DNA of 64,000 nt, taken from positions 27,013 to 91,012 of the IMG/VR virus record IMGVR_UViG_3300045526_000254; one strand, 5' to 3'. A program made the position numbers and the translations under genes. This document shows, in pieces, positions 21,525 to 31,565 of this stretch. The notes under the pieces were generated by a model. The model searched no databases and was not told the origin of the DNA. It was given only the letters and a program-made list of their open reading frames with translations. Every line of letters starts with the position of its first letter. The first letter of the stretch is position 1. The DNA comes from a virus. Taxonomy: Duplodnaviria; Caudoviricetes.

Positions 21525-22661
21525 ATGTCTCGCAAATCTTCCGTGAACAACGAACAACTGATTTCCGATCTCAAATCGCTTTATGGTATTGAGTTTTCTG
21601 CTGCCGATGTTCGTGGTTATTGTGCATCTAAAGGTATTTCTTATCCTACCGTAACTCGTTATCTTGAACCATATAAAACTGATCGTGGTCGTTGGAATCT
21701 GGAAGTGACTCAAGAACGTGTTGATGAGATTGAGCGTTCTTATCAGTCTCCTGCTGTTTTGCCTGTTATTGAACAAAATCTTATTCCTGACAAAGATGAT
21801 ACCTTCGTCAAGTTTGGTAGTTTTAACGATATTAAACAAATTATTCAGTCCCGTCTTTTTTATCCTACGTTCATTACGGGTCTGTCTGGTAATGGTAAAA
21901 CGTTCTCGGTGGAGCAAGCGTGTGCTCAACTGAAGCGTGAACTCATCCGTGTAAACATCACCATTGAAACTGATGAAGACGACCTTATCGGTGGTTTCCG
22001 CCTTGTTGATGGGAATACTGCTTGGCATAATGGCCCTGTCATTGAGGCACTGGAACGAGGTGCAATCTTGCTTCTTGATGAAATTGACCTTGCCAGCAAC
22101 AAAATCCTGTGCCTTCAGTCCATTCTTGAAGGTAAAGGTGTCTTCCTGAAGAAGATTGGTCGTTGGATCAAACCTGTCGCTGGATTCAATGTGTTTGCCA
22201 CCGCAAACACAAAGGGTAAGGGTTCTGATGATGGACGTTTCATCGGCACTAACGTTCTCAACGAAGCGTTCCTGGAGCGTTTCCCCGTGACTTTCGAGCA
22301 ATCCTATCCTGCTCCTGCAACCGAACAGAAGATTCTTGAAGGTATTGCTCTGGATCTTGGCGTAGAGGATCGTAATTTCTGCAAGCGTCTGGTTGATTGG
22401 GCGGACATTATCCGTAAAACCTTCTATGATGGTGGTATTGAGGAAATCATCAGTACCCGTCGCCTGGTTCACATCATTCGTGCTTATTCCATCTTCAAGG
22501 ATAAGGCAAAAGCAATTCAGGTATGTGTAAATCGTTTTGATGATGAAACCAAACAGTCCTTCCTGGAACTGTATGATAAAGTTGATGCAGATTTCCAGAT
22601 GCCTAATATGCCTCAAGAGGATGGTGTTCCTACTGCCGTTGACTTTGCAAAACCTTTCTGA
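21525..22661 (+). CDS. MoxR/CobS-like AAA+ ATPase
   Basis: GLSGNGKT, LLLDEID, ATANTKG, NEAFLERF. Confidence 0.9.
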   Translation: MSRKSSVNNEQLISDLKSLYGIEFSAADVRGYCASKGISYPTVTRYLEPYKTDRGRWNLEVTQERVDEIERSYQSPAVLPVIEQNLIPDKDDTFVKFGSFNDIKQIIQSRLFYPTFITGLSGNGKTFSVEQACAQLKRELIRVNITIETDEDDLIGGFRLVDGNTAWHNGPVIEALERGAILLLDEIDLASNKILCLQSILEGKGVFLKKIGRWIKPVAGFNVFATANTKGKGSDDGRFIGTNVLNEAFLERFPVTFEQSYPAPATEQKILEGIALDLGVEDRNFCKRLVDWADIIRKTFYDGGIEEIISTRRLVHIIRAYSIFKDKAKAIQVCVNRFDDETKQSFLELYDKVDADFQMPNMPQEDGVPTAVDFAKPF

Positions 22662-22710
22662 TATAATTGGGGGAGGTAAAAATGTGCCTTCCCTTTTATT
22701 TTATTTTACT

Positions 22711-23037
22711 ATGTCAGACAATAAAAATCATCTTTGGAAATATAATGAGGATAAAATCCTTAAAGATATTGAAGATTATGTGACCAGCACTTATGGAAGT
22801 CACTATTGTGGTCACAATCAAGACTATAAAGACATTCAGACAATTGATCTGATGGCGGCAAAAGATCTGGCACAACATTTTTGTCAGGCAAATATCCTGA
22901 AATATGGTAGTCGTTATGGCGATAAGGATGGTCGTAACAAACGTGATCTTCTTAAGGTAATTCACTATGCCATGCTCCTTCTTCATTTTGATGGACATTA
23001 TTCTCGACAAGATAACGGACTTACTGAATTTCGTTGA
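22711..23037 (+). CDS. Conserved phage protein (DUF3310-like)
   Basis: HY..., NILKYGSRYGDKDG, DLLKVIHYA. Confidence 0.7.
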   Translation: MSDNKNHLWKYNEDKILKDIEDYVTSTYGSHYCGHNQDYKDIQTIDLMAAKDLAQHFCQANILKYGSRYGDKDGRNKRDLLKVIHYAMLLLHFDGHYSRQDNGLTEFR

Positions 23038-23039
23038 TT

Positions 23040-23726
23040 ATGAAACTAAAACCTCAAACTATGAAACTTTCTGACAATACACTCACGGTTCTCAAGAATT
23101 TTGCCGGGATTAACAATTCGATTCTTGTGAAGCAAGGTACTCGTCTTCGCACGATTTCTGTGGCAAAAAACATTCTGGCAGAAGCAGAGATTACCGAAGA
23201 GTTCCCCCGCGAATTTGCCATTTATGATCTTAATCAATTTCTAAATGGTCTGGGTCTTCATCAGGATCCTGATCTCGATTTTACCGAAGATTCTCATATT
23301 ACAATCCGCGAAGGTAAGCGTAGGGTGAAGTATTTCTATGCTGATCCTAATGTTATTGTTTCGCCTCCAGATAAAGACATTCAACTTCCTTCCCAGGATG
23401 TTTGTTTCCAACTTGACAGTGTAACTCTTGAAAAACTAATCAAGGCAGCGGGTGTTTATCAACTTCCTGATCTTTCTGCTGTCGGACAGGCAGGAGTAAT
23501 TCGTCTGGTTGTTCGGGATAAAAAAAACGATACTTCTAACGAATATTCGATTGTTGTTGGTGAAACTGATAAAGAATTCATCTTTAATTTTAGGGTTGAG
23601 AATATCAAGATTATTCCCGGAGCTTATGACGTTGTGGTGTCTTCTAAACTTTTGTCTCAATTTACAAATAAGAAGTACAATTTGAAGTATTATATTGCTC
23701 TGGAACCTGATTCAACTTTTGAATGA
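23040..23726 (+). CDS. gp45: Sliding clamp
   Basis: LKNFAGINNSI, EFAIYDLNQFL, YYIALEPDS. Confidence 0.95.
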   Translation: MKLKPQTMKLSDNTLTVLKNFAGINNSILVKQGTRLRTISVAKNILAEAEITEEFPREFAIYDLNQFLNGLGLHQDPDLDFTEDSHITIREGKRRVKYFYADPNVIVSPPDKDIQLPSQDVCFQLDSVTLEKLIKAAGVYQLPDLSAVGQAGVIRLVVRDKKNDTSNEYSIVVGETDKEFIFNFRVENIKIIPGAYDVVVSSKLLSQFTNKKYNLKYYIALEPDSTFE

Positions 23727-24157
23727 TGGAATTTCTTCTTTATCTTTCTCCAGAAAGTCATAAAATTTATACTTTAATTTCACAAAAAGTTAAAGTAGTT
23801 GAAAATGCTCCTATTTGCCGAAAGCACGATATTTTTGGATGGTATCAGTCAAATAAAAAACTTATAACCATTTGCACTGACAGAATCAAAGACTTCCAAA
23901 ATTTTGAAAAATATGTTAATGAGACTATAAATCATGAATCTGTTCATGTCGCTCATGAATGCAAATCTAATAATGGTACTATGATTCCTTTTGGAATTTC
24001 TCCTGATACTATGCATCTTGACGATCGAAGAAAAACTGATTTAAATAGTTCTATTAGAATAAATGGCGAAACAAATCGACGAATTGAGCATGAAGCTCTT
24101 TGGATGGAAGATAAACCAGACAAAGTTGAATATGTTTTGAAAAAGTATTGTTTTTGA
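23723..24157 (+). CDS. Hypothetical protein, HExxH zincin-like
   Basis: NHESVHVAHE...IEHEA. Confidence 0.6.
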   Translation: MMEFLLYLSPESHKIYTLISQKVKVVENAPICRKHDIFGWYQSNKKLITICTDRIKDFQNFEKYVNETINHESVHVAHECKSNNGTMIPFGISPDTMHLDDRRKTDLNSSIRINGETNRRIEHEALWMEDKPDKVEYVLKKYCF

Positions 24158-24222
24158 TATTGAAGAACACAAAGCAATCATTCGATATATGATTGAACAC
24201 CTAATGAGTTGAGGAACCTACC

Positions 24223-24732
24223 ATCAATATATTCGCCACTTCTCCTTGGCCTGCTGAAAGCGCCATCTGCCTTCCCGACAAGCACATCGTCAAGATGCCT
24301 CTGGAGTGCTGCCAAATGCTTTCCATCGTGGCATCTGACTGGTATCATGGGTATGGACGCCTCCACAAGGCAGATGAGACGCCTTACAGCACCGCCAAGG
24401 GCGCTTTCCGCAATCATCCCTGTACTAAATGGGCAGCGGAGTCTGTGGATAATGCGTACTGGTTGATTAAGCACGGAATGAATCTCTGTGATGAATATAC
24501 TCTTCGTTACGGTAAGACTCATTCTTGCTATAATACTTTGCTAGAAGCATACTACCTTTTTCCGAAAGGTAAAATTGATAATGTGACACCGTTTGTGAGG
24601 GCGATGCCAGATGAGTATAAACTTGACGAAGGGATTGACACTTTTACTGCTTACAAGATGTATATCGCATCCAAACCTTGGGTTGCATCTAATTATCTTC
24701 GTATGCCAGAACGTAAACCTGAATGGGTATAA
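24223..24732 (+). CDS. Pyrimidine-dimer glycosylase (DenV)-like conserved phage protein; start apparently ATC
   Basis: (I)NIFATSPWPAESAICLPDKHIVKMPLECCQML, NHPCTKW; GAGGA upstream. Confidence 0.7.
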   Translation: MNIFATSPWPAESAICLPDKHIVKMPLECCQMLSIVASDWYHGYGRLHKADETPYSTAKGAFRNHPCTKWAAESVDNAYWLIKHGMNLCDEYTLRYGKTHSCYNTLLEAYYLFPKGKIDNVTPFVRAMPDEYKLDEGIDTFTAYKMYIASKPWVASNYLRMPERKPEWV

Positions 24733-24775
24733 ATAACTCATTTACTAAATAGTATTATACTACGAGGTTTAGTAA

Positions 24776-25309
24776 ATGAACTGCGTTTATCAAATACGAA
24801 ATAAAATAACAGGAGAAAATTACATAGGTTCTACTGAAAAAAATTATATGCTTAGATTTGCTAAACATATAACTATGTGTGCTTCTAATAAAATGGATTG
24901 TCCTAAACTTTATGAAAATTTTTTAAAGTATGGGTATCATAATTTTACTATTGAAGTAGTTAAGTGGATTCACGAAGATGAAGAAATTAAATCAGTAGAA
25001 CAACAATATTGTGAGTGGTTAAAACCTTCATTGAATTCTTTATGGGGTACAAAACATACTAAAGATTCTATTGATAAAATGCGTAAATCGCAAAGAGAAT
25101 ATTGGTCTAAAAATTCTCATCCAAGAAAAGGAGTTCCTTTTACTGAAGAACATAGAAAAAATCTTTCAAAATCTATGGGCAAAAAATGTTGTGTTGATGG
25201 AGTCATTTATGAATCCGTGAAAGAGTGTGCTAAGATACTTGATATCCACAGGGATACTGCAAGTTGGAGAATGAGAAGTAAATCGTTCCCAAATTATTAT
25301 TACATTTGA
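24776..25309 (+). CDS. Free-standing GIY-YIG homing endonuclease with NUMOD3/NUMOD1 repeats
   Basis: CVYQIRN..ENYIGST; HTKDSIDKMRKS, FTEEHRKNLSKS. Confidence 0.88.
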   Translation: MNCVYQIRNKITGENYIGSTEKNYMLRFAKHITMCASNKMDCPKLYENFLKYGYHNFTIEVVKWIHEDEEIKSVEQQYCEWLKPSLNSLWGTKHTKDSIDKMRKSQREYWSKNSHPRKGVPFTEEHRKNLSKSMGKKCCVDGVIYESVKECAKILDIHRDTASWRMRSKSFPNYYYI

Positions 25310-25324
25310 TTTTTATTTTTTGAT

Positions 25325-26284
25325 ATGGAACTGACTGATAACAAACCATTTCTCTGGGTTGAAAAATGGGCACCAGAATCTGTTGAAGATTTAATTCTTA
25401 CTAAAAGTGTAAAAGAGTTTTTTACTAATGTAGTAGATGAAGGACAACTAAATCAAAATCTTATCCTTCAAGGTTCTCAAGGGTGTGGAAAAACTCAAAC
25501 AATCAAGACTCTCTGTAAGATTACTAAACAAGATGTTTTGTTTTTGAATGGTTCATCTGAAGGGAGGTATTTGGATACTATTCGCAATCAAGTCATTAAC
25601 TTTGGAACAACTGTTTCTATGTTTAATGATAAGAAAAAGGTGGTATTTTTTGACGAGTTTGATGGAACAACTAATGATGTGATGCTCTGTCTTCGTGGTG
25701 TAATTGAACAACTTCACAATAATGTTTGTTTTATTTTTACTTGTAATAATCTAAACAAGATTATTGAACCAATTCAATCAAGGTGTGTTGTTCTTAAATA
25801 CACACCCATTCCAAAGAATGAAAAATCCCAGTTGATGGTTTCTATTTTTAATAGAATGTCTCATATTCTTGATGAGGAAAAAGTTGAGTACGATAAAAAA
25901 GTTGTAGCAGAACTCATTAAAAACTATTTTCCAGATACAAGGCAACTTCTCAATACTCTTCAAAGGTACTCTACGGGAGGAAAAATTGACACGGGCATTC
26001 TTGCATCTTTCTCTGACATCTCTGTAAATGAACTCATCAAGAACCTCAAGGAAAAGAACTTTACAGAAGTCCGTAAGTGGGTGGTCTCCAACCTTGACAA
26101 CGATGCTCCTGTTCTACTTCGCAGGGTGTATGACGCCTGTTATGATTGCCTTTCACCCCAATCTATCCCTGCTGCCGTTCTTGTTATTGCTAAGTATCAA
26201 TACCAATGTGCGTTCGTGGCTGATCAGGAAATTAACCTCCTAGCAGCACTAATTGAAATTATGTGTGAGGTTGAGTTTAAATGA
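25325..26284 (+). CDS. gp44: Clamp loader large subunit
   Basis: LWVEKW, GSQGCGKT, FFDEFD, PIQSRC, VADQEINL. Confidence 0.93.
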   Translation: MELTDNKPFLWVEKWAPESVEDLILTKSVKEFFTNVVDEGQLNQNLILQGSQGCGKTQTIKTLCKITKQDVLFLNGSSEGRYLDTIRNQVINFGTTVSMFNDKKKVVFFDEFDGTTNDVMLCLRGVIEQLHNNVCFIFTCNNLNKIIEPIQSRCVVLKYTPIPKNEKSQLMVSIFNRMSHILDEEKVEYDKKVVAELIKNYFPDTRQLLNTLQRYSTGGKIDTGILASFSDISVNELIKNLKEKNFTEVRKWVVSNLDNDAPVLLRRVYDACYDCLSPQSIPAAVLVIAKYQYQCAFVADQEINLLAALIEIMCEVEFK

Positions 26285-26451
26285 GTAATAAAACGACTCC
26301 CGAAAACGTAGCGGAAGCAAATTGGGCATTATTTCGTGCTACCATGAATCTTCCTGCCGCTGCCGCTCATTGTGGCATGACGCAGAAAGAAATGAAAATG
26401 ACCTTTCGTGAATTCTTGAAGTATCACCCTATTGATTATGAAACGAATTAA
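26281..26451 (+). CDS. Small hypothetical protein (56 aa)
   Basis: Hand-translated MSNKTTPENVAEANWALFRATMNLPAAAAHCGM...; overlaps the gp44 stop. Confidence 0.6.
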   Translation: MSNKTTPENVAEANWALFRATMNLPAAAAHCGMTQKEMKMTFREFLKYHPIDYETN

Positions 26452-26989
26452 AAAAGATTGGACGGCGTATTGTAGAACTTCTTTTAATGCATTAAAAGGA
26501 AATATAAAAGATTGGGGTAAACCTGAATTTTATCGTCCAATTACTAGAATTTATTATATCAATGTATTTGACTGTGGACTTTCTAATTTTACAGGTCTTG
26601 TAAGTAAAAAGGCATTAGAAAATAAACTTCAAGGTAAAAAAGTTGTTTATGATCACTGCCTTTCTCCACAGTTTATTGGGAGAATGATTATGGATAACCC
26701 TCACAAATACTTATCGGAATATTCTGTTTTTGAAAATATTTTTTGGCAATCTTGTAAAACCGTTATGGTCACTCAGGATGAAAATTTTGCTCTTGCAGGA
26801 CTCACAGAAAACAACGGACAAGAATATAAAGTTTATGTTCCTACTAATAAGAAATATAATCATCTAGGAATTAACCTATATTTTCGCCCACAGAAGCATG
26901 GACGCTGGAACGAGGCAGTTCCTCTGGATACAAATCTGATTGATACTCCAAAGGATCTGTTAGAATATGAAAAAGAATTTCTTGTTTGA
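26432..26989 (+). CDS. Hypothetical protein
   Basis: 185-aa ORF; a DH..SPQ..EN pattern could be a His-Me finger (weak). Confidence 0.6.
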   Translation: MIMKRIKKDWTAYCRTSFNALKGNIKDWGKPEFYRPITRIYYINVFDCGLSNFTGLVSKKALENKLQGKKVVYDHCLSPQFIGRMIMDNPHKYLSEYSVFENIFWQSCKTVMVTQDENFALAGLTENNGQEYKVYVPTNKKYNHLGINLYFRPQKHGRWNEAVPLDTNLIDTPKDLLEYEKEFLV

Positions 26990-28050
26990 TTATGTTATCT
27001 CCAGAAAACGCTATTTGGGCAGCGAATCAATTTATAGAGTATTATTCTAAGTTTAATAGAATTGATGACTATATGAGATTCGTTAAGAAAAGCAGAATTT
27101 TAAACTCTGCTGGCAAATTATTTGGACCTGAAGATGAAATGTTTTCAGATTTTTCTTTAGATCCAAATGACATGTCTTTCACAATTCATGAAGTAGATAC
27201 AGGATCTAAACCAAAAACTAAGTATAATCAGGAATTGTACTCTGAAATTTTAAATCTCACGGCATCAAATCCTATTGAAGAGGCAATTCCAGGAAGAACA
27301 ATAAAGTGGATTGTTACTGAGGATAATACAAAAAAAGTTGTAGGTGTGGTTAGGTTTGGATCACCGACAATTAATTCAAAACCAAGAAATGATTATTTTT
27401 GTGAGGTATTACCATTATCGAAAATTAATCATGAATTTGTAATGGGATTTAATATTGTTCCTGTTCAACCTTTTGGATACAATTATCTTGGTGGAAAACT
27501 ACTTGCATTGTTAGCATCATCTAATGAACTCAAACGACAATTTGATTCAAAGTATGGAACTGATCTTCATTACTTTGAAACAACTTCATTGTACGGTACA
27601 ACGAAAGGGGTATCCATGTATGATGGTCTTAAACCTTATCTTCGACACATAGGAGATACTGAGAGTAAATTTTTACCACTTTTTCATGATGACTATTTTC
27701 GTGAAATGTTCTGGTGGTTTAATAACAATGCTAACGGTGGAGAACGACTTATTTCTGCTGATAAGTCATCGAAGAAATTGAAGATTCAAGTCAAGATGAT
27801 TTCAATCATCATAAAGTCCCTTCAAGATGCTTCAAAACTACATGAGTTTAAATCTTGCATTGAACATGCCAAATCTCTCACAGAAAAAAAGAGATACTAC
27901 ATTTCTGAGTTTGGATATGAACCTGAAGAGGTTATTTCTTGGTGGAAAATAAAAGCATCTAAACGATATAAAAAACTTAAAGAAGAAAATCGTATTAGAA
28001 CAAATTTAGAATTATGGACTGTAGACTCTAATTTGCAAATCATTAGATAG
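26986..28050 (+). CDS. Conserved cyanophage protein (possibly DUF4338/DruA-like fold)
   Basis: VPVQPFGYNYLGGKLLALL, FETTSLYG; between gp44 and gp62. Confidence 0.6.
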   Translation: MIMLSPENAIWAANQFIEYYSKFNRIDDYMRFVKKSRILNSAGKLFGPEDEMFSDFSLDPNDMSFTIHEVDTGSKPKTKYNQELYSEILNLTASNPIEEAIPGRTIKWIVTEDNTKKVVGVVRFGSPTINSKPRNDYFCEVLPLSKINHEFVMGFNIVPVQPFGYNYLGGKLLALLASSNELKRQFDSKYGTDLHYFETTSLYGTTKGVSMYDGLKPYLRHIGDTESKFLPLFHDDYFREMFWWFNNNANGGERLISADKSSKKLKIQVKMISIIIKSLQDASKLHEFKSCIEHAKSLTEKKRYYISEFGYEPEEVISWWKIKASKRYKKLKEENRIRTNLELWTVDSNLQIIR

Positions 28051-28051
28051 T

Positions 28052-28432
28052 ATGGAACTTAAAGACTGGTTAAATTCAATTAATCAAACAAAAATTAACT
28101 TGATTGATCAAGATCAATCATTGGAAAAAGAGTATCCACCTTATATTATTAATCGGTGCTTATCTGCTCATATTGATTCTATTATGTTTGCTAATGAAAT
28201 GAATCAATACCATTTTCTTCCTAAGAAAATGCAATATGATTTTTTTATAAATAGTCTGAGGAAAAAGAAGAGATTTTCTTCTTGGATCCGACAAGATAAA
28301 ATCCAAGATCTTGATTATGTCAAACATTATTATGGATATAGTAATGAAAAGGCAAAACAAGCTTTGAGGATTCTTACCAAGGAACAACTTAATTTTATAA
28401 AATCAAAATTTGAAACTGGAGGAACAAAATGA
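28052..28432 (+). CDS. gp62: Clamp loader small subunit
   Basis: YPPYIINRCLS, YYGYSNEKAKQAL. Confidence 0.93.
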   Translation: MELKDWLNSINQTKINLIDQDQSLEKEYPPYIINRCLSAHIDSIMFANEMNQYHFLPKKMQYDFFINSLRKKKRFSSWIRQDKIQDLDYVKHYYGYSNEKAKQALRILTKEQLNFIKSKFETGGTK

Positions 28433-28869
28433 GTGTCGTTCAAGAACCTGAAGTGAAGTGGACGCCCGACCAAATGGTGGAAGTGATTCTTAATGAACCT
28501 GATGATTTTTTAAAGGTTCGTGAAACTTTAACTCGTATCGGAGTTGCTTCAAGAAAAGAAAAGAAAATCTATCAATCTTGTCATATTCTTCATAAGCAGG
28601 GTAGATATTATCTAGTGCATTTTAAGGAACTCTTTGCACTGGATGGAAAACATGCCAATTTGACCATAAATGATGTTCAACGTCGTAATCGTATTGCTCA
28701 ACTTCTTGCTGATTGGGGATTGATTGATATTGTCGATGTAAAAAAAATTCAAGACATTGCACCACTTAACCAAATTAAAGTTCTTGCATATAAGGACAAA
28801 GGTGATTGGATTTTGGAGACAAAATACAACATTGGTGCGAAAAAGAAAAGGGGTGAGGAAACCGAATGA
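28429..28869 (+). CDS. regA: Translational repressor
   Basis: DFLKVRETLTRIGVAS, QSCHILHKQGRYY. Confidence 0.96.
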   Translation: MSVVQEPEVKWTPDQMVEVILNEPDDFLKVRETLTRIGVASRKEKKIYQSCHILHKQGRYYLVHFKELFALDGKHANLTINDVQRRNRIAQLLADWGLIDIVDVKKIQDIAPLNQIKVLAYKDKGDWILETKYNIGAKKKRGEETE

Positions 28870-28875
28870 TTTTAT

Positions 28876-28900
28876 AGGGAGTTCAACACTCCCTTTTTTT
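28876..28900 (+). terminator. Terminator after regA
   Basis: agggag..ctccct stem followed by a T run. Confidence 0.75.
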
Positions 28901-28979
28901 ATGGAAGTGTTATAATTATACTATGAACGCCGAAAGGGTTCACAAAATACAAACTCGCTTTAAAAAAGGAGCTACCATA

Positions 28980-29414
28980 ATGACTAATCTCACAAGATAT
29001 ACTGCTGCGGATTTGCCTGCCTTGATGGACAGGATTACTCGCCACAGCATTGGAATGGACGAGTATTTTGATCGTCTATTTAATCTTCATGAAACAACTT
29101 CTAATTATCCACCTTATAATCTTATTCAAATCAGTAATGTAGAATCACGTCTAGAACTTGCTCTTGCCGGATTTAAAAATGAGGAAGTGCATGTATACAC
29201 AGAGCACGGAAAACTTTTTGTAGAAGGGCAGAAGGAAGACAGGGAATCTGACACTAACTACGTTCATAAAGGATTAGCTCAACGATCTTTTAAGAGAGCG
29301 TGGACACTATCCGACGACACCGAAGTAAGGGAAGTCTTATTTGAAGATGGGTTGTTAACTGTGAAACTTGGTAAGATTGTTCCAGAGCATCATACTAGAA
29401 AGGATTATCTCTAA
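28980..29414 (+). CDS. hsp20: Small heat-shock protein
   Basis: YPPYNLI, ALAGF, HKGLAQRSFKRAW; SD AAGGAG before ATG 28980. Confidence 0.93.
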   Translation: MTNLTRYTAADLPALMDRITRHSIGMDEYFDRLFNLHETTSNYPPYNLIQISNVESRLELALAGFKNEEVHVYTEHGKLFVEGQKEDRESDTNYVHKGLAQRSFKRAWTLSDDTEVREVLFEDGLLTVKLGKIVPEHHTRKDYL

Positions 29415-29432
29415 ATAGAAGAAAAACCTTAC

Positions 29433-29591
29433 ATGAAAACTTTCCGCCAGTTTTTGAATGAGATAAAAACTATTAAGTATCCTATGGCAAAAGCACATAA
29501 GGTTTATATGAAAGGAAAAGTTCAAAATGTACCTGCCGGAAAAGCTGTTCCATTTAATCCAGGTGGTGGTGGAAGAGGATGTGAAGAATAA
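29433..29591 (+). CDS. Small late protein with MKTFRQFLNE N-terminus (52 aa)
   Basis: Hand-translated; CTAAATA upstream. Confidence 0.6.
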   Translation: MKTFRQFLNEIKTIKYPMAKAHKVYMKGKVQNVPAGKAVPFNPGGGGRGCEE

Positions 29592-29692
29592 TAAATAATA
29601 AATGAACTATCGTCGGCGTGAGGAGCACCTGGAGATCCAGGTTGACTCCTCTCTTTTTTCTTGCTATAATGGGAAGGAGGATAGTAGGTACA

Positions 29693-30004
29693 ATGTCAAT
29701 TAAATTAGCACTGTTGAAGTCTGGAGAATCAATAATTTCAGATGCTAAAGAATTAGTTTCTGATGATAAAGTTTGTGGATATTTATTTCATAATCCACAT
29801 GTTGTTGATGTAAGAAAAACTGTTCTTTTGGTTGAAGAAAATCAAAATTCAAATAAAAATTTAGAGATTACTTTAACTCCTTGGATTTTTTTAAGTAGTG
29901 ATAAGCAAATTCCAGTTCCACCTGATTGGATTGTAACGATTGTAGATCCCATAGAAGAAGTTAAACAAATGTACGAGGAAAAAATAAATGGACAAAACGA
30001 TTAA
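29693..30004 (+). CDS. Conserved hypothetical protein (Sm-like)
   Basis: IKLALLKSGESIISD...PW. Confidence 0.7.
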   Translation: MSIKLALLKSGESIISDAKELVSDDKVCGYLFHNPHVVDVRKTVLLVEENQNSNKNLEITLTPWIFLSSDKQIPVPPDWIVTIVDPIEEVKQMYEEKINGQND

Positions 30005-30245
30005 GTGTCTTTTAACAGATGTTGATGCAGTTTTAATTAGTGAAGTTGTTGAAATTGATGCAGAATTCGGAGATCCTGATTGGAAATTAATCAATCCATA
30101 TAAAATTGACAGTCAAGGTAATTTAACTCCTTGGCCTAATGTTTCGGAACAAAGGGAAATTAAAATTATTTCAGATAATATACTTACTGTTGTAGATCCT
30201 AAACCGGAAATTATTGAAAAGTATCTTGAACTAACTGCCGAATGA
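29988..30245 (+). CDS. Conserved hypothetical protein
   Basis: Coupled ORF directly before gp43. Confidence 0.7.
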   Translation: MDKTIKCLLTDVDAVLISEVVEIDAEFGDPDWKLINPYKIDSQGNLTPWPNVSEQREIKIISDNILTVVDPKPEIIEKYLELTAE

Positions 30246-31519
30246 GATTTTACACAAACGTTCAAATGGTCGGGGATCACTTCTTGGTTCGTGGTTATGA
30301 AGATGGAAATCACTTTATGACCCGTGAGAAGTTTAACCCGACTCTTTTTGTCCCTTCTAATAAAAAAACTAAATATCAGACTTTAAATGGAGAGTATGTT
30401 GAAGCAGTTCAACCTGGATGTGTTCGTGATTGTAGGGAGTTTGTTAAAAAGTATGAGAATGTAGAAAACTTTAAAATCTTTGGAAATACTCAATACATCT
30501 ATCAATACATTTCTGAAATGTATCCTGAGGATGAGATTAAGTTTGATATTGGTAAAATCAAAGTTACTACTCTGGATATTGAGGTTGCATCCGAAAACGG
30601 TTTTCCTGACGTAGAATCTGCTTCTGAAGAAGTCCTTTTGATTACTATTCAGGATTATTCTTCCAAACAAATTCGTACTTGGGGAATGGGTCCTTTCCAG
30701 AACAAGCAAAAGAATGTAATTTATCGTTCTTTCACTAATGAACGTGATCTGTTGATGGATTTCATCAATTGGTGGATGGTTGAAGAAAATATTCCTGAAG
30801 TTGTGACTGGATGGAATGTTGAACTGTATGATATTCCGTATCTTGTTCGTCGTTTAGATCGTGTTTTAGGCGAAAAACTGATGAAGCGTATGTCTCCTTG
30901 GGGTCTTGTAACCGAGAGTGAAATTTATATTTCTGGACGTAAGCATATTTCTTATGATGTTGGTGGTATTACTCAACTTGACTATCTGAATCTTTATAAG
31001 AAATTCACTTATAAAGCACAGGAGTCTTATCGTTTGGATTATATTGCCGAGGTTGAACTGGGGCAGAAAAAACTAGATCACTCCGAGTTTGATACCTTCA
31101 AGGATTTTTATACAAAGGGTTGGCAGAAGTTTGTAGAGTACAACATCGTTGACGTAGAACTTGTGGACCGTTTGGAAGACAAGATGAAACTGATTGAACT
31201 CGCAATCACGATGGCATATGACGCCAAAGCGAACTATGCAGATGTATTTTCTCAGGTGAGAATGTGGGATACAATCATTTATAACTATCTGAAGAAGAGG
31301 AATATTGTTATTCCTCCTAAAGAACGTTCTGATAAAGATTCCAAGTATGCTGGTGCGTATGTTAAAGAACCTATTCCAGGAAAGTATGATTGGGTTGTGT
31401 CTTTTGACCTCAACTCCCTATACCCTCACCTCATTATGCAATACGCAATTTCACCAGAAACTCTTGTTACACAAGATGATATTAACAATCGTATTGCAGA
31501 ATTAGAGAAAATGTTGTAG
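30242..31519 (+). CDS. gp43: DNA polymerase B, N-terminal fragment (exonuclease + motif A)
   Basis: LDIEV, TGWNVELYDIPY, SFDLNSLYPHLI; stops 23 codons after QYAISPET begins. Confidence 0.93.
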   Translation: MRFYTNVQMVGDHFLVRGYEDGNHFMTREKFNPTLFVPSNKKTKYQTLNGEYVEAVQPGCVRDCREFVKKYENVENFKIFGNTQYIYQYISEMYPEDEIKFDIGKIKVTTLDIEVASENGFPDVESASEEVLLITIQDYSSKQIRTWGMGPFQNKQKNVIYRSFTNERDLLMDFINWWMVEENIPEVVTGWNVELYDIPYLVRRLDRVLGEKLMKRMSPWGLVTESEIYISGRKHISYDVGGITQLDYLNLYKKFTYKAQESYRLDYIAEVELGQKKLDHSEFDTFKDFYTKGWQKFVEYNIVDVELVDRLEDKMKLIELAITMAYDAKANYADVFSQVRMWDTIIYNYLKKRNIVIPPKERSDKDSKYAGAYVKEPIPGKYDWVVSFDLNSLYPHLIMQYAISPETLVTQDDINNRIAELEKML

Positions 31520-31565
31520 AATATCCACACAATATAAATAATAAAGTGTGGATACAGTAAATTAA

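Noticed and set aside
24178-24522. GC-richer overlapping ORFs on both strands
   Set aside because: Shadow frames of the DenV-like gene
26986-28050. Druantia-type defence system
   Set aside because: A single conserved core-region gene with no partner genes; fold assignment uncertain
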